Source: Catajapyx aquilonaris (taxonomy: Eukaryota). Taken from it: a stretch of 64,000 bases of DNA. Below the pieces are notes generated by a model that was not told the origin of the DNA, made no database searches, and was given only the letters and a program-made list of their open reading frames with translations. A program made the translations under genes and the position numbers. Shown in pieces: positions 1 through 13,430 of the stretch; within the stretch, counting starts at the first letter, position 1, and every line of letters begins with the position of its first letter. The stretch is taken from contig JYFJ02001079.1 in NCBI GenBank assembly GCA_000934665.2, forward strand, positions 1 to 64,000, written 5' to 3'.

Positions 1-996
1 AGGCGGAAGAGACCAGTCGCTGGGTCGTTCGCGTCACTCGTTCGATTTGTAAACAGTGGCAACAATGAAGCGCTCTCCATGGGCTGATGTTTGAATTGGC
101 CCGCCGGACAGGGTTGCCAGGTAACGCCGCCGCCGCCGGAAAAAAAACATTCAGCGACGGCTAATATGTCCAGCACTGTACACAGTGTTCAACATAAGCG
201 TGATTAAGGAAAATAATGTCGAAAATATGACAGGGTTTGAAGAGAAAAATGCGATTTTTGTGCAAAAACATGCACAAATTTATACTAGGGGTAAGATAAC
301 TCATGCGTTTGGGGGAGGTGGCTTGTGACCTTGGCAATCAAATAATTAACCCCGCCCTCTACCTGTCGACCAATCAGGATTCGATTTCAAAGGCGGTGGG
401 CGTTATGTTCTAAAACTTCATTTAAAAATAGACTCACTTTCAATTTAAACATAAGATAATGCTAGATTTTTCAACTATAAAAGTCGACTCAAAATCTAGC
501 CCTTTTTTGTATCTATACATCTACAACTAACAGAGGAATAAAAGGTACCTGCACTGTTCCTTTTGGACAAAAAAGCAAACAGTCTCTTTTATTCTGGACC
601 TTTTTATCCTCTCTTGTTTCAAAGTTTAAATCGCGTTTTTCTGGCCCACTTTGCATGCCCTTTTTTTGCGATTTCATGTGCAGGACGTATGCAAAATCGG
701 TTCAGTTAAGGGCGGCGGCTGAGGTCAATCGATGAAGAATTCAAGGGGTCGTTTAAATAATGTGAGGTGCGAAAAAAAATACAAAATTAAACGTAGTTGT
801 CTGACCACTAATGCGATCAAAATGGTAGACTCAAATACGATTGATCAAACTATTTTAAATACTTTTTTTCTAACTTCTTTTTTTTGCATTGAAGTTCATG
901 TTAAAAGGTTGCGAAATCTAGGATTTTATTTTGGAGAGAAATGGACAAAGGAGTTGTGCAGTATTCAAAGACCAAAATCCAATTTTGAATAGAACT

Positions 997-998
<2 letters not shown>

Positions 999-1040
<42 letters not shown>
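999..1040. repeat. (TC)21 microsatellite
   Basis: Perfect dinucleotide run read directly. Confidence 0.97.
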
Positions 1041-1045
<5 letters not shown>

Positions 1046-2676
1046 AAAAGAAACCTTTGTGTTCAGATTAACTTTTTGGCTTAAAAATGGCGGCGGACTG
1101 AAAGGAAGTTGGATTTAAATTTGGTGCAAAAATGACCTAACGTACGGAATTATCTATGCTGAAAAAAGTTGACAACTTTAAAAATCGTTGCTAACTTGAA
1201 GAACCGGCAGTTACTTTAAAATTCAAATACTTGTAAAACTAGTGTAATGCGTATGGCTTCAAATTAGGGCAGGCTTGTTCATGCTTGGAAAACAAGTGCA
1301 AAAAATTCAGTTGGCAACTCTTAATTTTTGCAAAAATTAATTATTCAAAATATTAAGGATGAAGTTACCAACTTTATCCATCAGGTTTACGCACTTTTCA
1401 GGGGTGACTGACTGCAATGATTCAATTTAATGCCAAACATTACCTAGCCAAAACCGAACGCAATTAAAATAATTGAACTCATTATTTTCGACTGCCACTT
1501 CATATCATTGATATTAATTATACTAATAATTGCAAGCAAAGCAAGCAACAATACATTTTCGAGATCATCGTTCACATTTTCAGGTGACACTTAAAATGAC
1601 TTTAAACATCATACACAATTAAAGTAAATTAAAATAGTGTGAAACTGAATTAATATGATGAAAAACTAATGAAATACGTAGCGTATTTAATGTGCACTGT
1701 AAAATTATTACGTAACAAAAAGTTAATGAAAAATAATGTAACGTAATAATGAGTGTAAAACAATGCGAATAAAATGTAATAATTGTAATTTAAGTTTAGC
1801 TTCATTTAAATTCTTTCGTTTTATTCATATATTATTTTACACTAATTATTACGTAACATTTTTCATTAACTGTTCTTACATAAAAATCTTGCACATTTTA
1901 TTTAAAATTATTGTTTCCAATAATTTAAATAAAACAGATATAATTATTTATATTGATTAATAAATAAGCACTAATAAAACAGCATACAGTAAATATCAGT
2001 GAAACAATATTGTCAATATTCGAGGGTTGTGTATACTGATAATGGGCGCGGCCATGTTTGGTCCAGAACCAATAACCAAAACACAACAATTATGTCACAT
2101 TTTGCCTTCCAAAAATTACAACCTACGCTCCTAGCACACTCTAGTGTCCATTCCAGCCTACATTTTTACCCAAAACAAAAGAGATGCCTTTCATCCCCAT
2201 GCATGTTTGCCCTTGCATCACATGCACTCCTACCGTCCACGCACAACAATGTGTTCACCCTACCCGAAACGACTCGCGTCGCAACCATTTTGAAAAAAAG
2301 AAAAAAAAACTGTTGGGGTTGGGCTGTAAAAAGTGCGATATCTCCATTAGGAAGCGGTTAGGTTGGTAGGGTTGGCAGAGGAGGGCAGGGGCAGGCAGGC
2401 AGTGAAATGGGTCTGGTGTGACGTCCACCCAAAGAGCCCCTCTCTCTGATCAAAAAGGGGTTTGGGAGCCGAGTGGGGAAAATCAGGCCCACGTGAGTCG
2501 CCTGCAGAGAGGGCCTAATTTTTTGGGGGGAAAGGAAAAAAGACGACCCAACGCTGCTTGCCCACACAAAAGAGCACACCTTCCATTTTCAGACACGCTG
2601 GGAGCAGAGACGAAGAGAAAAGAAAGGAAAGCTCTAACTCTGCCCGTTTGGGGGTTTGGCCATACTCAGATAAGAT

Positions 2677-3620
2677 AGCATCGGTTTAGAGATAGTATCG
2701 AATTATCGATTTAGAAATATTCCATTTGGAGATAGTATCGAATTATCGATTTAGAGATAGTATCGAATTATCGATTTAGAAATATTCGATTTGGTGATAG
2801 TATCGAATTATCGATTTAGAGATAGTATCGAATTATCGATTTAGAAATATTCGATTTAGAGATAGTATCGAATTATCGATTTAGAAATATTCGATTTAGA
2901 GATAGTATCGAATTATCGATTTAGAAAGAGTCGCTGTATGGACTATCGATTATAAATAAGAGTATTTTTATGGAGAGAGAATTGATTTATAAATTATAGA
3001 TTTGGATAGTATCAATAAAAGAGTATCGATATAGAAATTGTCGATTCTGATAGCATCGATTAAAGAGAACCTATTCTGTTAGTATCGATTAAAGAGTATC
3101 GATATAGAAATTGTCGATTCTGATAGCATCGATTAAAGAGAACCTATTCTGTTAGTATCGATTAAAGAGTATCGATATAGAAATTGTCGATTCTGATAGC
3201 ATCGATTAAAGAGAACCTATTCTGATAGCATCGATTAAAGAGAACCTATTCTGATAGTATCGATTAAAGAGAATCTATTCAGTTAGTATCGATCAAAGAG
3301 AATCTATTCAGATAGTATCTGTTAAAGAGAAAATAGATTTAGAAGTATCATTGAGATAGTATCGATTTTAAAATACCTACATAGAGAGAATTTATTTAGA
3401 AAATCTACCTTTCAGAGTAAGTATTGATATAGTGATAACCGAATTAGAGTATCGATTTAGAGACGGCATCGATTTAGAGTAACGATATAATGTGCTTATC
3501 TGTTTAGAAAAAGTATCGATACAAAAAATATGATCGAATCAGTATAAATTTGTTGATGTTATCGATTGATAGTATGGATTCAAAGATGATGATACCATTT
3601 GTGTTATTGTATGAGAAATA
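2677..3620. repeat. ATCGAT/ATCGA-based compound minisatellite
   Basis: 25/40-bp units (gatagtatcgaattatcgatttaga +/- aatattcgatttaga) at ~2690-2925, ~73-bp and ~30-bp units at ~3010-3330, degenerate tail to ~3620. Confidence 0.93.
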
Positions 3621-4399
3621 AGACCTAAAATGGACCCCAACAATGCAGATGGCAGCCAAGTCTGTCCTTGGAGAGACACCATTCCTGTGCCCATCATCCA
3701 AATGCGGTATTTATGTCGTTACGGTCCCGACGTCATCAAGGAGAGTTGGCACCGATTGGCTCAAATTTTCTGCTTAGCTCTTAGACGGAAAGAGGCACAA
3801 AAAATGGAGGAAAAGTGGGCAAGAGATCAAGATGGAGGATGTGCCTTTTTGGAGTGGGTCCGGTGGTCGTCTCATTTCCATATCGATTCCTATGTTGGAG
3901 AGGATGAAAGACAAGTGGCACGGAAACCTTCCAAGGAAACTTGTCAGGATGGGTATGGGAGGTTAAAAATGGCAGAGGTTTTTCAGAAGAATTGCGACGT
4001 GCGTTTGGGGACTGCGGACTTGGCCAATATCCATAAATTTTGCCCGGAATCCTCCAGGCCTCCAACTCCAATGGCTCTATTTCCTGGGATCAGGTCAGCC
4101 ACCCGAAACAACAGTGTTTATGTCCTCGGAAGATTGGAGTAGTTGTGGATAGTACCGATCTGAACTATGGCTTATTTTCCGTCCATATAATGAGGCTGGA
4201 GGGGATGTTACACAACTTATCATATATGGAGAATTGGATCTGTGCTTCTATTTGTCCGGGGTGAGTCATCAGCTAGCTGCTTGTACTGTAGTACGACTAG
4301 TAGTGGGAGCGGTACGCAAAAAAACCGCATTTGATGATAGAAGCAAGCCACTTTGCACACTTGCTCCTAACTCCTCATCCAACACAGAGTTGCAATAGT

Positions 4400-4530
4400 T
4401 CAAAATAATTATTATTCGAAATATCATTTCGAAACCATTATTGTTCAAAATATCATTTCGAAATCATTCTTGTTCGAAATATCATTTCGATCGAAATAAT
4501 TCTGGTTCGAAATACCATTTCGAAATGTAT
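4400..4530. repeat. Short degenerate TTCGAA array (~30-bp unit)
   Basis: Repeated ttcgaaatatcatttcgaaa; same family as 5200-6330. Confidence 0.85.
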
Positions 4531-5177
4531 ATATGAATTAAATCTCGAACAACACATCACATCTTTGTGAGGGACATGGTACTACGTGGACACTCGAGCT
4601 TTTGACAAAGGGTTCGACTGAGCTTATGTGGCTGAAAATGTCAAGTAAGGTGTCCGCCTCCTATAGCAACCGCGGTGTTAACCAATTTTCCGCAACACAA
4701 GGCGCGCCAATCACCTTTCACCACCCGGTTATTGTAAACCTTCCCGAGTAATTGACATCCTCCTGCCAACAATATCAACCCCCTTCCTCATTATTGCTCC
4801 ACCACTGCATACCACTAGTTACACCCCCTTTTGATTTTTTAAAAAGACCTTGACACCCCTTCAGCTCTCTAGCGTCTCTTCGGTTGGTTCACTGGACCAA
4901 AAGGAAATGGGGTCGCGTCCAATGAATTTGGGTTCCTATCATTGTGCCTCCGGCCAGTGGAAGTAAATTTGCCGTCGGCTTGGAAACGGCTGCCCAGAGG
5001 ACGGGGGGACCAAACGGACAGTCTGTTTCGAAACTAACAAAAAAATAGGCTCGCGCATAGAATTTTCATTCTGTTTCCAAACGTGAATAGAAAAAGATAC
5101 AAAACTTTATGCACTACATAGAATAAGGGGGGATATTGGCACAGACCTTCAAATGTGTGGGTTTATTTGATTTGGGA

Positions 5178-6330
5178 GATAAAGCCTGATTTGAGAAAAA
5201 AATGGTCGAAAAATAAGTTAGAAATAATTCACTTTCGAAATATTTCGAAATAATGTTCGTTCGAAAAATTTCGGAATAATTTTCGCTCGAAATATTTCGA
5301 AATAATTTTCGCTCGAAATATTTCGAAATAATGTTCGTTCGAAATATTTCGGAATAATTTTAGTTCGAATTAATTATGTCGAAATAATTTTCGTTCGAAA
5401 TATGTCGAAATATGTCGAAATAATTTTCGTTCGAAATATGTCGAAATAATTTTCGTTCTAAATATGTCGAAATATGTCGAAATAATTTTCGTTCTAAATA
5501 TGTCGAAATATGTCGAAATCATTTTCGTTCTAAATATGTCGAAATATGTCGAAATAATTTTCGTTCGAAATATGTCGAAATATGTCGAAATAATTTTCGT
5601 TCTAAATATGTCGAAATATGTCGAAATAATTTTCGTTCGAAATATGTCGAAATATGTCGAAATAATTTTCGTTCGAAATAATGTATGTCGAAATAATTTG
5701 CGATCGAAGAATCACTTCAAAATCATTCTCGTTCGAATTATCATTTTTCTATATCGTGCTTATTTGACATATCGGTTCGATATAATATTATTCTTATCTG
5801 AAATATCAGTGCGATATAATATTATTCTTATCTGAAATATCATTTCGATATAAATATTATTCTTATCTGAAATATCATTTCGATATAGGGTTATTCTCAT
5901 TCGATAAAATTGTGGGCTTATATGATTAAGGTTTTAGGCATTTAGGGGATAAAACCTGTTTTGTGAAAAAGTGATCGAAAAATCAGCTCGAAATTATTCT
6001 CGTAGGAAATATCATTTCAGAATACATTATGGTTCAAAAATTAATATTAGAAATAATCCCGTTCGAAATATTTTTTTTTTTCAATGAATTTCTTCGATAT
6101 ACTTCTTGGTCGAAATATCAGTTCGAAAAACTCCCCCTTCGAAATATCACTTCGAAATAATTCTAGTTCAAAAATAAGTTCCATATATTTCTCGTTCGAA
6201 AAATCATTCCGAAGTAATTCTCGTTCGAAATGGATAGTCGAATTAAATATTTTCAATATATCTCATTCGAACTCATCATCGATGACATGGTCGATATATC
6301 GAAATATATCGAACTTTTCTATCCTATCCA
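5178..6330. repeat. TTCGAA/TCGAAAT minisatellite (26- and 36-bp units), two blocks each preceded by a related head sequence
   Basis: Units such as cgaaataattttcgttcgaaatatgt; ORF 5464-5835 is merely its translation (MSKYVEIIFVLN repeats). Head copies at ~5178-5230 and ~5948-5999. Confidence 0.92.
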
Positions 6331-8391
6331 AGCCCGTGTCCTTATTTGGCACACCACCAAGTACATTTCCCTCATATTTTACTCCTCTTCCCTAATGACA
6401 ATTAATCGTCGCCACCGGCGCTTCATCAACCCTGGAGATAGACACTGCCAAAAATATACGTCGAGAGAGACTTGACAAATGTCCCTGGCAGTCCCCCGGT
6501 GTCGGAATAGCCTCCAGGATTAATCGCTGATGTCGGTCCGTCCACAATAGAAATAATTCTCCTGCTCAAAGAGCGTGCAATATTGGGAGGGACACACTGA
6601 ATACTGAATCATGCAAAGGTGGGGGAAGGCGGGGAAGGGAGAGAAAAAAAGGAGGGATACATCCAGCAGTCTGATTGGCTCCATTCTATCCACGTAACCT
6701 CAACTAATATTTATATGTTGCAGAAAAAGTGTAGATTTGTTTTGACACACCACCCTGTAGCAGCTATGTAATGTAGTTGGTCGCTTAATGCACTTTGATT
6801 AACTTACAATTAAATAGTGAATGTACAGGCCCAAATTCAATTGGCTAAAAGTTGTGAAATTTACTCTAAAAATTTTGTGAGTGGTTTTCGACTCTATTTG
6901 AATGAATTTCACACTTTCGTTCACTCTTTTCCAGCTATTTGAGTGCAAAACACTATTTCATTTGAGTCAAATATATTCACTCAAATGGAGCCGTTTTCAC
7001 TCAAATTGAGTCATTTGTCTCTATTTCTTCCACGTTTAGATTGACTCCCACTTTTTTCGAGTGACATTATTTTCGTGACAGGGAATTTATTATTTTCACT
7101 CAAACTGTCTTTTCACTCAGATTGAGTTGAATTTTCACTTATTTTGAGTAAGGTAATTTGAGCCCAAAAAATAGCTAAAAATGAGCTCGTTGACCACCAA
7201 AAATGCTAGTGGCCAATTAATTTTCAAACACTATTCTGTAAATGAAAATAGTGTTTTTTTTTCAAAATTATTTATATGTGCTATTCCATTTGCATGCCGT
7301 CAGAGGTGCCAAAATCCCTTTTGAGTATTAACAAGCTTAAATAGCTGATCCAGCACAGTTGGTTTGGAAGCGGGAGGTGGGGGAGGGAAGTGGGGAGAAA
7401 ATAGCACATTTTGGACGCCTATTTTTTCGGTCAATAGCAAAAAAAAATTTGCTTTTGTAGAGTGATTTTGGTGGCATTAGTCCGGTTTTTGCGCAACAGT
7501 CAACAAAGCACTTGTATTTGACTGCGAAACGCGATTCATTAGCGCTAATTGTTGAATTAACCAAACTAATTCCATATTTTGCCTCAAAATGAAATAATCC
7601 TGGCCAGGCATTGTGGTTGGGATTAGTAGTGGAGGGTTGGGAGTTGGAGGGGGGAGGGAAATAATAAAATTCGCAAAAATAGGTAGAACTGGTTTTACAA
7701 GATATTGTGTGTAGGTTAGCATGCAAAAAAAAAATTGGCTACTGTGCAACATGGGAATCGTTTTTAATGTAAAATATGAGTGAAATTTGGATTAATTGTT
7801 TCTAAATTTATGGTGTGAAATTTAACTAACAGTTAAGATCATTCCTGAAGTCAATTTATCATCTGACATATCCACAACACTACATCGACAAAACCCTGAC
7901 AGCCAATAACCTCTGAAAATCGCACACTGGCTTAGGTGGCCAGCCAATATCTCGCCTCAGAAACCTCTAGCGACCCTTGACCTCACCCCAAACTTCTCAA
8001 ATCCCTTGGTGCCCTTTTGTGCCTTCAGGTGGTTGTAAGTACCGTACCCACAACACCTTTTGTGCCTTTTTTTGTGGGGAACAGTTGAGCTTCTGGGACT
8101 GACATCCAGAGAGGAGCAGTTTCCTTGATGTTGAGAAGAGGAGACCAAAAGAGCTTCTCTCCTCTCACTGCTTTGATGCTCCTGTCGAGGAAACCAGATC
8201 TAGAACCGCGAAGAGGGTTTTGGGCTGAGCTGTCTGTAGGGTTTTGGCACCAATATTACTATTGCAAGGTCACTCAGGCTCATGGTGAAATAATACGCAT
8301 GTTCGGGACCAGTTATTGACACCAGTCTGCAACCAGGCCGTTTCACGACTGACTCACAAACTGCCCCCCAGGTTCACGCCCGGAAGACTCC

Positions 8392-8406
8392 ACTGCCATC
8401 TAGTGA
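8392..8406 (-). promoter_or_regulatory. Candidate CTCF site
   Basis: Minus strand TCACTAGATGGCAGT matches 14/15 of CCASYAGRKGGCRSY. Confidence 0.4.
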
Positions 8407-8919
8407 GGAGCGTCACAATGGTGATATAAATTGTCTCAAAAAAATCATTAAAACGTAGTTAATTGCGAATATCTTTTATGAAAAGTTACATTAGAAGTTA
8501 TATATGACGCCAATTTCTAGTAAGAACTGACTTTTATTTGGCGAGCGAAAAATTTGTTCGCGAAAATTTTAGGCCCCCGGATATGAAAGTTCCAGCCGTC
8601 ACTTACGTTTGCGAAAAAAAACCCGAGCAATCTTGGCAAATAAACAAGTTTGTAACTCCCTCTTGGGGCTGCTATTCATAAATCCAACTTGAGCTGGAAG
8701 CGAATTATTTACACCTTTATAGTCTGACAGGTGCGATAAAAAATTAAGCTGTGTCACCATGCGACGTCCCCTTAGGAGCGTAAGTATGACACTGGTTGTA
8801 ACTTTACAACTCTTAATCATTTTAGGTCTAGGATAGAAGCTGTGGATTGTTTAGAAACTAATATTAAAGTAAGCGAATTCAGTTCGTAAGCTAACCTAAT
8901 CTATAACCTGATGAAACCT

Positions 8920-9093
8920 GACAACTGGCTGCAGGTCAACTGGCAGTTAGTCAATTGGCTGCCGTGCCATTTGGCTGCGGTTAATTTGTAAGCTACCTAT
9001 TAGTGGCTAAATAAATTGACTCACCAAATGTCACGGCAGCCACTGACGGTGTAGCCAATTGTCTGGCAGCCAGTTGACTGGCAGCCAAAAGTC
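8920..9093. mobile_element. Small foldback/MITE-like element with ~15-bp GGCAGCCAATTGAC sub-repeats in inverted arms
   Basis: Left arm repeats ttggctgcc, right arm ggcagcca; 8950-8974 is the exact reverse complement of 47967-47991. Confidence 0.6.
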
Positions 9094-9543
9094 GCAGAGT
9101 AACCTAACTATCCTAACATGATCTAACCTAACCTAACCTAATCTAACCCAAGAAAACAATCTTATTTCCACCCCTGCACTTAAGCTTCGTTCAAACAGCT
9201 GCTTTTTCTAATGCGCAAGTGAGCTTTAGAAGCTTCTTAAAGCTTTCTAAGCAATTTTATGAAAAAGCGTGGCTGTGATCAGGGTTAGAAATACTAAATA
9301 TACCCAATCGTGTTTCTTCGATCGCAAATAAAATCGAACTTATCGAAGTATAGATGGCGGTAACAAACACACGCACCTTTGGCAGGTGGAGAAAAAGTAA
9401 TAACATCATTGGTCGAAGCTTTTAGAGGAAATGAAAGAGTTCCAATAGGGGTGTTTGCAAAACCTCTCTGATCGACCTGTTGCCTTTCTACATGCAACAA
9501 AACACTAGACACGACACGTCTATCCGTGTTTTTGTGGTGGTGG

Positions 9544-9630
9544 ATTGGTTAGGACCAGTTTGTAAAGAAAGTTTGATTGGCTCTAGGGAGGGGCGGAGCA
9601 TAAAAAGAGAGGAAATCGCAGAGTTTGGGA
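9544..9630 (+). promoter_or_regulatory. Pol II promoter-like module (two inverted CCAAT boxes, GC box, TATA-like)
   Basis: ATTGG at 9544 and 9576 (32 bp apart), GGGGCGGAGC 9590-9599, CATAAAAAG 9599-9607. No downstream gene recognised. Confidence 0.35.
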
Positions 9631-9954
9631 AGGGGTGAAATTGACAACTTTGTCAATTATCTGCTCCCGGAGACTTTGATCAAGGTGGGGGAGAAATCTA
9701 ATTAGACCCGCATCTAAGGAAAGCCCCCGATAAAATTATTTCTGTCTGAAAACCCCCTCCCTCCTCACTTGAAGTAACACAATTACAGGGCAATGCTATC
9801 CCTTTGCAATTGAATTTATGGTAATTAACTGAGTCGAGACCATAATACAAATTCGATCGTTTGACTAAATCGGTGACGATTCTAAGCTCCGCCCATTTCA
9901 CACCAGAATGGCCAATCAGGTGTTTCGAAATTTTGTATTTTTTGATTGTTTTTG

Positions 9955-10270
9955 GTGTAACCTGACACCGTTTGAATCAGGTAATTTGACACCTTGGAAC
10001 CATTGTGCAATTTGACACCTTGGAATCATTGTACGCGTAATTCGTATCATTGGTACGGTATCATTGTAATAGACACTATTGGCATCGTTGTAATAGGCAC
10101 CATTGGTATAGTTGTAATAGGCACTATTGGCATTGTCGTAATTTGACACCTTGGAATCATTGTAATTGACACTATTTTACACCAGTGTAATTTGACACCA
10201 TTTTACACCTGTGTAATTTGACACCATTTTACACCAGTGTCATTTGACACCATTTTACACCAGTGTAATT
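9955..10270. repeat. TTGACACC-based minisatellite (24-26-bp units)
   Basis: gtgtaatttgacaccattttacacca repeated at ~10185-10270; related 24-bp units upstream. Confidence 0.88.
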
Positions 10271-10704
10271 TAGCCAACATCATAGATGATCAGTGTAGAT
10301 ATCTTATACATCTGATGCTGGGAAAATGCATCCATAGCCTGTATTTTTTCCACCAATTTCGACCGCCATTTCTTATGAGAGCGTGTGTCGGGTGGGGATT
10401 GGGTGAAATATATGCGTGGTTGAAATAGTGTGCAATTGGAAACGCTTAGTTTTCCAGTTTCGTGCGCACTACATGCATGTGCAGGATGAATCCTCGCGGG
10501 GACTCACGCCACTCGTATTTCTTTTTTACCCCCCTCTGAAACAACCCACCCAGCTTGTCCCACTCCCTGTGCACACACACACTAACCTAATTGCATGGAA
10601 ACATTCCGGCCATAAAAGCGAGACAGTTGACATAACACATGGGACTAGACAAGATCGAAAGTCGGACGAGGGAAATCGCTCGGAAATCATACACTCTCAT
10701 TACG

Positions 10705-11545
10705 AATAGCAGATAGCGGGTAGCAGGTCGCGAATAACCGGTAGCGGGTAGCTAGTATCGAGTGTCTGTTGTTTGGTAGCGGTTAATGGGTAGCAATAAG
10801 CGAGTAGTTTGTGAAAGGTAGCTAACAGGAGGTAACAGGGAGTGAGTAAGGATAGCGAGTAACGGATAACTGGTAGTAACAGCAGATCACACAAATAGTG
10901 GATAGCTGGTAACGAGTGTCTGGTGGTAGGTAACGAGTAACTTAATAGGTAGCGGATAACGAGTAGCGGATTATAGGTAGCTGATAGCAGGTAACAGATG
11001 AGTAACAGGTAGGGGTTAATGGGTAGCGAGTAGCGAGTAATGGTCAGTGGGTAGCGGCGAGCGAATAGTTGGTGAAAGGTAGCTAACAGGAGGTAACAGG
11101 GAGCGAGTAACGGATAACGGGTAACGGAAAGCCATTAGCGAGTAAGTGTTAGTGTATAAGTGATAGCGAGTAACTGGTAGCAATAGGTCACGCAAGTATT
11201 GGGTACCTGATAACGAGCGTCTGGAAGTAGGCAGCCTGGTTAACAAGTAGCGAGTAGAAAGCAATATTGTTAATGGGTAGAGGATAGCGAGCAACTGGTA
11301 GCGGTTAACAGGTAGCGAGTAGAGAGTAACTGTTAGTTGGTAGAGGATATAGCGAGCAACTGGTAGCAATAGCATATCACGAATAGCAAGTAGCGAGTGT
11401 CTGGTGATAGGGAGTGGTAAATGAGTAGCGAGTAACTGTTAGTGGGTAAAGGATAGCTAGTAGCTGGTAAATGGTAGGTAATAGTAGATAACTGGTAGTG
11501 AGCATCGGATAGCGAATAACTGGTAGCAGATAGCGGGTAAAAGTG
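10705..11545. repeat. Degenerate 7-bp-period purine-rich array (consensus ~TARCGRG)
   Basis: Reads in register as tagcgag tagcgag taatggt cagtggg tagcggc gagcgaa tagttgg ... taacgga taacggg. Confidence 0.85.
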
Positions 11546-12160
11546 CTAAAATACGACCAATTCGAATGTGAGTGAACTGATGAAACGCACTGCTGTTTGT
11601 ACTCTCTGACTTTTTCCCTCCTCTCCCCACTCTCCCCGCTTCCAGCTTGGTAATTTGACTCCAGAAGCTGAATCTGGAAGTGTCGACTCCGCTTTTGGGC
11701 GGGTGGATAGTGGGGTGGGTGACTCGTAAACGGGAGAAAACGAGGCTTCCATCCCCCAGGCCCCGTTACGAGCATGAAGTTGGTTTGAAAGCGGGTAGTA
11801 GGCTAGGATATTTTCAGCCCCCCGCCAGCAGATGACGTCTTTGAGCAGTTATCAGCGATAGGAGCTCCCCCTTCATATCATGCAGAATCCTCAAACTCTG
11901 TGGCGCCAGATGAAAGGATATGGCCAGTAGGGATAATCGGGACTTCGTGAGGATCATGTGAATCTCCACCCTACTACCTGAATTAGCAAGCGATCAATCC
12001 CTTCCATGCGCATTAACTCCGCCCAACCTACTACCCGGGGTTCACTCTAACGATGCTCTATAATCGAAATCCTATCTCGACCTGTTATTACAGGGGATTT
12101 TAACCCCCCTTTTTCTAGACACCTGAAAAATGGGGAGGGAAACTCGAATCAGACATGCAG

Positions 12161-12365
12161 AGTGTGCTGTTATCATAGCAGGTAATCCACGCCACAGTGC
12201 CCCCTTCACTAGGTTTTTTTCACTTATGCAGTAGAAACCCTGATACGTGCACGAATATGTCACGAAACATATGCTGGTAGGCAATGACAGGGGGGCTTAG
12301 TGCTTGTTAACTGCCAAGTGTGTCGTTATCATAACCAGGAATCCACGCCACAGTGCCCCCCTCAC
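12161..12365. repeat. Pair of ~49-bp direct repeats
   Basis: agtgtg..gttatcata..aatccacgccacagtgccccc.tcac at 12161-12209 and 12317-12365. Confidence 0.85.
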
Positions 12366-12479
12366 AATTTTCACTTATTCATTACTACCCTCGTAATTAA
12401 GCCAATCTTTCACAAAATAACTGCATCAATACGTCCATAAATAATAAAAAGGCTGTGGCTCCGTCGGTTGAGGGAAAGT

Positions 12480-13430
12480 GACAACTGTGCTGTTACGATA
12501 AAGGTCGCAGCTAATTTTGACTAACAAGAGCTGATAATACTGCTATTTTTGTAACAGGCTCATTTTGGAGAAGTGTATGGCTAATAACTGCTATGTCAGA
12601 GAGGAGACCAGGTTTATACGACGTAGTAACAGCATGGCGGATAACTGCTATATAAAATAGCACACACAATTTTTGATAAAATGGGATAAAATATTATTAT
12701 CATTTGCTGCTATTTTTGAACAGCAATTTTTGCAATATATGACCGATAACTGCCGTTAGAGCAGACCCAATTTTGGAGTAACAGTATGGCCGATAACTGA
12801 TGTTATAAATAGCAGACAATTTTTGATATAACTTTAATGTAGGTAACTGCTACGTTTAAAGAGCAGATGAGTTTTGGATGACAATATTTTTGAATAACAA
12901 CAGTGCACATCACTGCTACTTTTGTATAGCAGGCACAATTGGGGAAAGTGTATGGCCAATAACTGCTACGTTAAAGAGCAGACCCATGGTTTGGAGAAAC
13001 AGTATGGCCGATAACTATTATTATAAATCGCAGGCAACTTTTGACAAGATTAATGTCGTTAATTGCTATTTTAACTAGCAGATAATTTTTGAATCACAAT
13101 AGCTTAGATCGCTTTTGTTTCTGAATAGCAGACAATATATTTTTGAGCAACAGAGCCACTGATAACTGCTATTATTAAGTATTTTAACTGCTGTTTTAAA
13201 TAGCAGAAAATTTATGGCAAGAGCGTATATCCACCATTCTGACTGTGAATAGCAGACAGAATTTTCGAACAACTGTATGTAAAAGTAGCAGTTAAAGGAG
13301 CTTTTGTTGCTCAAAAATGATTTCCTACTATTTTAGATAATAGCTGTTATCAGATAACTGCTACTTTTAAGTAAGAAACACAGGCTTGAGCAACAAATGA
13401 TAGTTTCGAATATTAGATGCTATTTTCGAG
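12480..13430. repeat. Old degenerate array (ataactgct...tagcagac...tttt...gtatggccg)
   Basis: Recurrent aactgct, agcaga and gtatggc motifs at roughly 40-50-bp spacing. Confidence 0.75.

Noticed and set aside
3630..4142. 170-aa ORF starting with ATG
   Set aside because: No recognisable domain or codon pattern; length attainable by chance in a GC-richer island.
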